NCBI GenBank assembly: GCA_043797665.1
Contig: JAZDPL010000057.1
Location: 1 to 64,000 of the forward strand
Length of the DNA stretch: 64,000 nt
From: Candidatus Omnitrophota bacterium
GTDB lineage: Bacteria; Ratteibacteria; UBA8468; MWAK01
Reading direction: 5' to 3'
Part shown: piece after piece, positions 57,604 through 64,000 of the stretch
Layout of the letters: the number at the start of each line of letters is the position of its first letter
How positions within the stretch are numbered: the first letter of the stretch is position 1
Translations under genes and position numbers: made by a program
Notes under the pieces: model-generated
What the model saw: the letters and a program-made list of their open reading frames with translations, nothing else
The model's database searches: none
What the model was told of the DNA's origin: nothing

Positions 57604-58791
57604 TTACCCTTCACCGCCGGCAGGGCGTCGGTTTACCAGCGCCTCTCTGAGCGCTTCAAGATACCCGCAGCCGTATGTCTGTTCCGGGAGCAGGAACGTC
57701 CCTTCCGTCCACTCGTTCCAAGCATTGATGAAAACCGCTTCGGGTTCGTTGGTGCTCTTTTGCACACGTTCAATCGCCAGTTTGCACAATTTCCCGAATT
57801 GTTCCGGGGTGTTTCCTTCTATGATCGGCTCATAGGAAAGATTCCGGAAATCCATCGGCAGTTTCACTCCCTTGTGCCACCGTGGTGTCACGTCAAGGCC
57901 GGACGTCACTACCGGATGATGAACAAGCCCTCCTTCGTCAATTTTCTGCCAGGCATACTGGTGCGACCGTATGACGTCCTCATAGCGCACGACCGGCTTT
58001 TCTTCCGGCAGTGTTTCATATTCCGGCGTGCGGACGATATTGTAGGCAAAAACGCTCTGGAAGCCCATATCTTTTGCCTGTGGTACCCGGCCCCACCCGC
58101 AGCAATAGATGTTGTCCTCGCAGCAGCCGATATTGGCGGTGAAGTAAAGGCCGGGGAACCCGTGTTTTTGTGCTCTTCCGTTCATGCGCTCAAGAACACG
58201 TTTCGTTGTCTCCACACCGCCAAGTTGTTTTGTAAATTGAGCGATATCGTAAATGATAAAATTCGGCTTACCGTCAATTTTCCGGTAATTCGGTTGCGCA
58301 AAATAGTGTTCACTGCAGTAATCTATAACTCTTTCACAGTCTTCCTGCCAATGTCTTATGGGCAGCCATGTACCGCTTTTTCCCATACCGGGGATTCCGG
58401 TCACCGCAGGCCAGGAGTCCCAGTTATGGTTTGCCCACATCACGGTGAACTTCAGCCTGTTCCGGTTCTGCGCTTTGAGGAATCCCTTTTCCAGCGCCTC
58501 CTCCATGATGCGGACGCCGCTGTACCAGTACCAGTCAAACATGAAACATGTTACACCATGGTCGGCGGCAAGGTCTATTTCGCGGGATGCCCATTCGGGG
58601 TCGCTCTCATCAAAATATCCCCAGACGGGAACTTTCGGCTGGCGATGGCCCGGATAGAGAGGCTGTGCGGTTTTGACCAGTTCCCATTCGGAAAACCCTT
58701 TGCCATACCAAGCCTGGTAATGGTCGTTTGCATGCCAACTGGGGAAATAGATGGCGACGACCTCCGGCTTGAGGGGAAAGCATGCATTCAT
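57604..58791 (-). CDS. GH99-like / WbsX-family protein, no signal peptide
   Basis: [47 protein letters not shown]. Confidence 0.85.
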   Translation of the reverse strand: MNACFPLKPEVVAIYFPSWHANDHYQAWYGKGFSEWELVKTAQPLYPGHRQPKVPVWGYFDESDPEWASREIDLAADHGVTCFMFDWYWYSGVRIMEEALEKGFLKAQNRNRLKFTVMWANHNWDSWPAVTGIPGMGKSGTWLPIRHWQEDCERVIDYCSEHYFAQPNYRKIDGKPNFIIYDIAQFTKQLGGVETTKRVLERMNGRAQKHGFPGLYFTANIGCCEDNIYCCGWGRVPQAKDMGFQSVFAYNIVRTPEYETLPEEKPVVRYEDVIRSHQYAWQKIDEGGLVHHPVVTSGLDVTPRWHKGVKLPMDFRNLSYEPIIEGNTPEQFGKLCKLAIERVQKSTNEPEAVFINAWNEWTEGTFLLPEQTYGCGYLEALREALVNRRPAGGEG

Positions 58792-58839
58792 CTGTTTGCT
58801 ATAATACCATAAAGGGCAGAGCAAAAGAAGCCCTTTTTT

Positions 58840-59802
58840 TCAGGAGGGCAGTACTTTTTTTCGGTATTCGGAAGGCGAGGTCTGAAAGGTATTCCGGAAG
58901 ACGCGCTTGAAATGCTGGTAAGTATTGAACCCGCATCGGCGGGCCACGGCCTCGATTTTCAATTCCGTTGTCGCCAGCAGGCGGGCGGCTTCTTGTATTC
59001 TCAAGGTATTTAGATAACGCGAGAATGTCGTTCCGGCAAATTTATGAAAGAGTTCCGAGAAATAGTTCGGGTTAAAACAGGCTATTGATGCAACTTTGCC
59101 GAGGCTGATTTCCGAACTATAGTTCTGTTTCATAAAATCGAGCGCTTGCTCAAATTTCCTCCGATAGTACCCGATTTGCTCCCGGACATCCAAAGATTGC
59201 ACTTTCTGGAGAGCGTACTCCCGACTGACTATAATGAGAAAGTCGACCATGTCCCGCTCAATCCTTTCCCGGTAGCCGCCCGGTTTTTTTTGAAACTCGG
59301 CCGCCATCGTCTCAATCAGTTCACGTACTCTGAGAGCACTCATACCCACCAGGTGGAGGTGCCACATACTACTCTGCATGAGAGGCGAGAGAAATGCGAA
59401 ACCGAAGAGAGGATAATCCGTTTTCTTCCGCCCCACCGACTGCCGAAAAAACCCGCTTCCCAACAACGAAGGTGCAAAGAGGATGTTAACCAACTGGAGG
59501 TTATCTACATGCTCATAACCATGGTGGTCATGCATGCTGATGAAAAAAATGTCTCCTGCCTCCACGGGAATCCGCTTACGGTTGATGTGGTGAACGGCGG
59601 TTCCCCGCCACACGTACACCATCTCAAGAAATTCATGGTGGTGGAAAGAAGTGTACCCCTGATCCACCTTAGATATGAAGAAAGGAAACTCTCTGGACAG
59701 GAGAAACTCGCCTTTTCGGAAGAATATGCGTTCTTCCCAAGGGATGAAAGTTCTTGCTTCCCTTTTCGGCGACGACGCAAACGAAGAACGAATGTTTCCC
59801 AT
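58840..59802 (-). CDS. AraC family transcriptional regulator (cupin + dual HTH)
   Basis: HHHEFLEMVYVWRG cupin sensor. YFSELF..., LRIQEAARLL, VARRCGF, F.RVFR...SPSEYR. Confidence 0.93.
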   Translation of the reverse strand: MGNIRSSFASSPKREARTFIPWEERIFFRKGEFLLSREFPFFISKVDQGYTSFHHHEFLEMVYVWRGTAVHHINRKRIPVEAGDIFFISMHDHHGYEHVDNLQLVNILFAPSLLGSGFFRQSVGRKKTDYPLFGFAFLSPLMQSSMWHLHLVGMSALRVRELIETMAAEFQKKPGGYRERIERDMVDFLIIVSREYALQKVQSLDVREQIGYYRRKFEQALDFMKQNYSSEISLGKVASIACFNPNYFSELFHKFAGTTFSRYLNTLRIQEAARLLATTELKIEAVARRCGFNTYQHFKRVFRNTFQTSPSEYRKKVLPS

Positions 59803-59834
59803 TGTTTCTCTACCCCTTCTCCGATTCACCGAAA

Positions 59835-60422
59835 TTACAAGACAGAGTTGGCGTAGACCCGATCAATTAGTTGCATCGTTTTGAGAGCGTTCTCCAGGCA
59901 ACCCCGGGGATTCTTCCCTTTTTTGACGCAATCGATAAAATCTCTGGCCTGGGCAAAGAAGCCTAAGACCCGGTGGGGCTTGTCGCTTCCGGCCGCTTCC
60001 TGGGCGGTTACGGTAATGCCTTTCTCAAAAAGGACCAGCGCATTATACTTTACGTTATTATCCACATAAGAATTCCTTACTACGCTCGTTACTTTAACCG
60101 GGTCACTGCCGCCTAACCAGAGCATCGCATCCAACATGTGGCTGGCATCAGGAGTAAGGATATCTATGGCGCCGCCGTAATAAGCCATGGGTGTTTTACC
60201 CATACTCTTGTGAAAGGCAACGGTAAACTGGTCTATTGGACCGCATTTCTCCACTAATTCCCGCATCCTGGTAACCAGGGGGACATACTTGCGCTGGTAA
60301 CCGATCTGGGTAATGTTTTTTCTTTTTGATAATTTCCACCAGCACCGCAGTCTGGACGGATAGTGGAAAGTACTTGCCATTCCACCACAGCCAATTCCGC
60401 AAACCTTAACTTTTCCCTTCAC
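59835..60422 (-). pseudogene. Internally deleted Gfo/Idh/MocA oxidoreductase
   Basis: Retains IGCGGMA, IGYQR, DASHMLD and the C-terminal helix in only 195 aa. The EKP region is absent. GGAGG RBS is intact. Confidence 0.7.
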
Positions 60423-60442
60423 TTGAACCTCCGTATTCGGGT

Positions 60443-60504
60443 TGTCACCCTGAGTAAATACGAAGGGTCTAAGGGAGAGATTCTTCGCTGCGCTCAGAAT
60501 GACA
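60443..60504. repeat. GTC-ended palindromic repeat family B, copy 2 (inverted relative to 25131)
   Basis: TGTCACCCTGAGTAAATACGAAGGGTCT...AGATTCTTCGCTGCGCTCAGAATGACA. Confidence 0.82.
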
Positions 60505-60518
60505 AACGACAGTTATTT

Positions 60519-61406
60519 TTAACGGGCGAGCATCTTGGAGATTGTAACCAACGAGATACCGGCGGATTCCATCTCCGGTAACATTTCTTTGATGGCGATG
60601 AACGTCTCAGGGTGGGGGTGACCGATACCGATCGCCCGGCCGTTAATCTGCGCCTTTCTAATCAGTTGCCTAATCTGTCCCTTAATATATTCTCTGTCCG
60701 GATTATTATCCAGGAAGACATCCCTTCGGGCTACCGGGATCCCAAGTTCCCGGCCTACTTTAAAAGCAACCGTTTTCTGAGAAGTAACGCTGTCCACAAA
60801 GAAAAGGTCCCGGCTTTTTATGTCTGAAAGAACCATCTCCATCAACACAGTATCAGCGGTGGCTGAGGAACCCATATGGTTGTTGACTCCGGAGACCGGA
60901 CCTACCGAAGCCAGGTCGGTCTCTATCTGTTGTCGTATCGCCTCTTTATCCATCCCGAAGGCAATGGTCCCCTTCTCCAATATTTTTTTCTCTCTTGGTG
61001 CCAGCGGCAGGTGGAGTAAAACCTCATAGCCCGCCGCCCGGGCGAAGTCCGCGGTTCTTCGGGAGGAAGGTAAATTTGGTAGGACCGAGATGGTTACGGG
61101 AATGTATAACTGGTGCAGCGAGTTGAACTCGTCAAAATTATATCCAAAGTCATCAATGATGATGGCAACCTGTGGCTTTCCGGGTCTGGGAAGAGGTGGT
61201 GGAGGAATTTTATTCAGTTTCGCTAGAGTTGGACCTGCGGGAGGGACTTGACTTGTGGCCGTCTCCTGTTTTCGGATGGGTTTTTCCGCCTTATTTTCGG
61301 GATAAAAAGTTTTGATTACCTCCGGGTGCTTTAAGATAATAACGACTGCCCAGAGAATAATCGCAATTAATATTAGAAACGGAAGGGGGTTACGTTCAGT
61401 TTTCAT
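60519..61406 (-). CDS. Divergent polysaccharide deacetylase family protein (YibQ-like)
   Basis: N-terminal TM, AIIIDDFG, LLHLP, NNHMGS, FVDS, RDVFLDN, IGHP. Follows an S41 protease, a common pairing. Confidence 0.92.
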   Translation of the reverse strand: MKTERNPLPFLILIAIILWAVVIILKHPEVIKTFYPENKAEKPIRKQETATSQVPPAGPTLAKLNKIPPPPLPRPGKPQVAIIIDDFGYNFDEFNSLHQLYIPVTISVLPNLPSSRRTADFARAAGYEVLLHLPLAPREKKILEKGTIAFGMDKEAIRQQIETDLASVGPVSGVNNHMGSSATADTVLMEMVLSDIKSRDLFFVDSVTSQKTVAFKVGRELGIPVARRDVFLDNNPDREYIKGQIRQLIRKAQINGRAIGIGHPHPETFIAIKEMLPEMESAGISLVTISKMLAR

Positions 61407-61409
61407 TAA

Positions 61410-61459
61410 GTAGGGGTCGGATTCATCCGACCCGCGGGTTCGATGAATCGAACCCCTAC
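61410..61459. repeat. GTAG-type REP doublet
   Basis: GTAGGGGTCGGATTCATCCGACCCG-CGGGTTCGATGAATCGAACCCCTAC. Confidence 0.9.
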
Positions 61460-61468
61460 AGGGGTTCC

Positions 61469-62689
61469 TTAGGGCTGGAAGACCGAAATACCTTTTAGAA
61501 GGTCAACCGCACGCTGTAACTGAGTGTCTTTGACCAGGTCCACCTTACCTTCCGAAAGGAGGTCTTTCTCTTTCTGTTCTACCGCGATATCCGGTGTCAG
61601 ACCTTTCCCTTCAATTACCCTGCCCTTAGGCGTATAATAACGGGCAATGGTCAGTTTGAGCGCCGCCTTATCCGGCAGGGGAACCACCGTTTGAACCGAA
61701 CCCTTGCCGAAGCTCTTTTCACCCAACAGGACCGCCCGTTTCCAGTCAGAGAGAGCGCCGGAGAGAATCTCCGAAGCGCTGGCGCTGCCGCCGTTAATCA
61801 GAATGACCATCGGTATCGTGGAAGGTATGGTTTCGTTATTGCGGGTCTTGTACTCAATGCGGTCTTCCGGTTTCCGTCCCTGGGTATAGACGACAAGCCG
61901 GTCCAGAGGCAGAAAGAGGTTGCTGACATTGACGGCGCTATCTAACAGACCACCAGGGTTACTCCTTAAGTCAAGAACCAATCCCTCCATACCCTGTTTC
62001 ATAAGGTCTTCCAGCGCTGCTTTAAGGTCCTTATAGGTATCTTTCTGGAATTCCGCCAGACGGATATAGGCAATCTTGGAATCGGGTAAAATCTGCACCC
62101 TTTTTACCGATTTCAATTTAATCGTTTCCCGGGTTAAAGTGAGTTTGACCAGTTCTGAAGCGTTCTCGTGGAAAATTTCAACTTCCACCTTGGTACCCGG
62201 TTCACCCCGCAGCAATTTGGCTGCTTCCGCACTGTTCATCCCCCGGGTCATCTTACCGTCAATTCGGATAATCTTATCGTTTGGTCTGATTCCGGAGCGA
62301 AAGGCAGGGGTATCTTCTATGGGTGAGATAACGGTGATCAGGTCATCTTTTGAGGTGATGGTCATGCCCACACCCCCGAACTTCCCTTCGGTCTCTATCT
62401 CCAATTCCTGGTAAAGTTCCTGGTCTAAAAACTGGCTGTAAGGGTCCAGGGAAGCGAGCATTCCCTTGAGGGCACCGTAGATTAATTTTCTGGAATCAAC
62501 CTCTTCCACATAGTTGGTCTGGACCACCGAGAGGACATCGCTGAACAGTTGCAGGTTTTGATAGAGTGCCTCCTCGGACTTCCGTGCCTGACTGCGGGCA
62601 ACGTTTTCACCTAAAAAGAGGGGAAGACTTAGAAGTAAGAATACGAGAATAACGCCCCAGAATTTCCTTGTTTTCTGTCGAGTAGACAT
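61469..62689 (-). CDS. ctpA: Carboxyl-terminal processing protease (S41A)
   Basis: LDPYS, FGGVG PDZ domain, LDLRSNPGGLL, SASASEI, FGKGSVQ. Confidence 0.95.
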   Translation of the reverse strand: MSTRQKTRKFWGVILVFLLLSLPLFLGENVARSQARKSEEALYQNLQLFSDVLSVVQTNYVEEVDSRKLIYGALKGMLASLDPYSQFLDQELYQELEIETEGKFGGVGMTITSKDDLITVISPIEDTPAFRSGIRPNDKIIRIDGKMTRGMNSAEAAKLLRGEPGTKVEVEIFHENASELVKLTLTRETIKLKSVKRVQILPDSKIAYIRLAEFQKDTYKDLKAALEDLMKQGMEGLVLDLRSNPGGLLDSAVNVSNLFLPLDRLVVYTQGRKPEDRIEYKTRNNETIPSTIPMVILINGGSASASEILSGALSDWKRAVLLGEKSFGKGSVQTVVPLPDKAALKLTIARYYTPKGRVIEGKGLTPDIAVEQKEKDLLSEGKVDLVKDTQLQRAVDLLKGISVFQP

Positions 62690-62724
62690 TTCACCCTCAC
62701 TTGGTTATCTGATGCCTTCTTTCT

Positions 62725-62770
62725 AATCCCTCTTACTTCCCCCTTTGCAAAAGGGGGATTGAGGGGGATT
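62725..62770. repeat. Short palindromic element after the gatB stop
   Basis: AATCCCTCT...TCCCCCTTT-GCA-AAAGGGGGA...GAGGGGGATT nested hairpin, single copy in the window. Confidence 0.55.
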
Positions 62771-64000
62771 TCATTGTTTCTCTAACAGATTCAGCAGGAT
62801 TTCCTGTACCAACTTCGGATTGGCTTTTCCTTTTGTCTGGCGCATCACCGAGCCAATCAAAAACGCCAGGGCATTTTTCTTACCGTTTCGGTAGTCTTCA
62901 ACCGATTTCGGGTTAGCGGTTAAAGCCTCCCCAGCCAACCTGGTGATGACTTCGGTATCCGAAATCTGGCTTAACCCCTTTTCCGCTACAACCTCTGCGG
63001 GTTTTTTCCCGGTCTTCAGGGAGAGCCGCAGAACCTCTTTGCCGGTCGCAGAAGTAATTTTCGCCGAAGAAACCAGTCTGATTACTTCTGCCAGAGACTC
63101 GGCGGATAACCCCAATTCTTTAATATCCTTACTCTCCTCCTTTAAAATAGAGAGGACCTCGGTCATGAGCCAGTTTGAAACCGTTTTGGGTTCCGGACCC
63201 AGGCGGATGACCGTTTCAAAAAAATCAGCCAGGTACCTGGAGGCAGTAATTACACCCGCGTCATAAGCCGGAATCTGGTATTCTTTCCGGAATCTTCCGG
63301 CTTTTTCGGCCGGCAATTCCATTATACCACACCTTACCCGTTGAATAAAATCGTCAGAAAGTTTCAGCGGTAAAAGGTCCGGCTCAGGGAAGTACCGGTA
63401 GTCCTGTGCTTCTTCCTTGGTCCGCATCGGAAAGGTCGCACCTTCCTTTTCGTTCCAGAGCCGGGTTTCCTGTACCAGATCGTCCTTCCGGGGAGAAGAA
63501 ATAAGGTTAGATTGCCTTTCCGCTTCGTACTTCAGCGCTAAACGTACCGCCCGGAAGGAGTTCATATTCTTCACTTCAACCTTGGTGCCCAATTCCGGAT
63601 GACCGGAAGGTCTTAAGGAGATATTGGCGTCACACCGCAGGGAACCCTCTTCCATATTGCAGTCACTCACCTCTAAATACTGAAGGATGGTCTTGAGACT
63701 GTTTAAGAATTCAAAAGCCTGGTCCGGCGAATTGATGTCCGGTTCCGTAACGATTTCCAGGAGGGGAACCCCGGCCCGATTGAAGTCAACCAGACTATAG
63801 GATTCGTTTTCCGGATGTATGAGTTTACCCACATCTTCTTCCAGGTGTACCCGGCGGATGTGGATTTTCTTTTCACCCCCGGCGGATATCATCAGGGAAC
63901 CATTAACCGCTAAAGGTTCTTCGTACTGAGAAATCTGGTAGTTCTTGGGCATGTCCGGATAGAAATAATTTTTCCGGGCAAAAAGGTTATCGGGGTTAAT
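62771..64000 (-). CDS. gatB: Asp/Glu-tRNA amidotransferase subunit B (5' end beyond the window)
   Basis: RKNYFYPDMPKNYQISQ, HLEED, DFNRAGVPLLEIVTEP, EGSLRCDANIS, DYRYFPEPDL. Confidence 0.98.
   Translation of the reverse strand: MNPDNLFARKNYFYPDMPKNYQISQYEEPLAVNGSLMISAGGEKKIHIRRVHLEEDVGKLIHPENESYSLVDFNRAGVPLLEIVTEPDINSPDQAFEFLNSLKTILQYLEVSDCNMEEGSLRCDANISLRPSGHPELGTKVEVKNMNSFRAVRLALKYEAERQSNLISSPRKDDLVQETRLWNEKEGATFPMRTKEEAQDYRYFPEPDLLPLKLSDDFIQRVRCGIMELPAEKAGRFRKEYQIPAYDAGVITASRYLADFFETVIRLGPEPKTVSNWLMTEVLSILKEESKDIKELGLSAESLAEVIRLVSSAKITSATGKEVLRLSLKTGKKPAEVVAEKGLSQISDTEVITRLAGEALTANPKSVEDYRNGKKNALAFLIGSVMRQTKGKANPKLVQEILLNLLEKQ

Noticed and set aside
57760..58812. 350-aa plus-strand ORF
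   Set aside because: Fully antisense to the well-supported GH99-like gene, with no recognisable motifs. Treated as a shadow ORF.
36913..59856. Other long plus-strand ORFs (36913, 38924, 43342, 47495, 49515, 54898, 59146)
   Set aside because: All lie opposite coherent minus-strand genes and have atypical composition and no motifs.
3218..61459. Palindromic repeats as CRISPR repeats
   Set aside because: They are dispersed doublets without regular unique spacers, and no cas genes are present.

Overview
Bacterial chromosomal window. The lineage is inferred, not proven: an uncultured PVC-like group such as Omnitrophota or Ratteibacteria, based on DUF1559-type prepilins, a half-length GlmU and an atypical DnaK. 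The region 1-25 kb is a scrambled housekeeping backbone (tuf 5' end, tRNA-Thr(GGT), rluD, acyl-CoA dehydrogenase, fabF-acpP-fabG, trpD, hom-thrC-dnaK, gatC-accA-hisG, a 31-aa bS22-like ORF, TPR protein, xseA, glmU-like-prs, gdhA). It contains an AT-rich methyltransferase/nuclease cassette and a Clp-fold protease. gdhA has a consensus sigma70 promoter followed by an ANTAR-type dual-hexaloop/terminator leader. The region 25.5-60.4 kb is carbohydrate-related. It holds two GH95-type proteins, a Gfo/Idh/MocA oxidoreductase, a PilZ protein and a URO-D-like protein. These are followed by a ~26 kb co-oriented block: an AraC regulator, two prepilin-type (DUF1559/H-X9-DG) proteins, six signal-peptide-bearing GH-like or CBM-like proteins and six cytoplasmic enzymes, with no recognisable transporter. 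This block is the best candidate for a poorly described system, a pilin-linked polysaccharide utilisation locus. The window ends with a divergent polysaccharide deacetylase, an S41 protease and a partial gatB. Several palindromic repeat families lie in the backbone and none was seen inside the carbohydrate region. No CRISPR array, rRNA or intact transposase was seen. Family names come from motif recognition by eye and need HMM confirmation.
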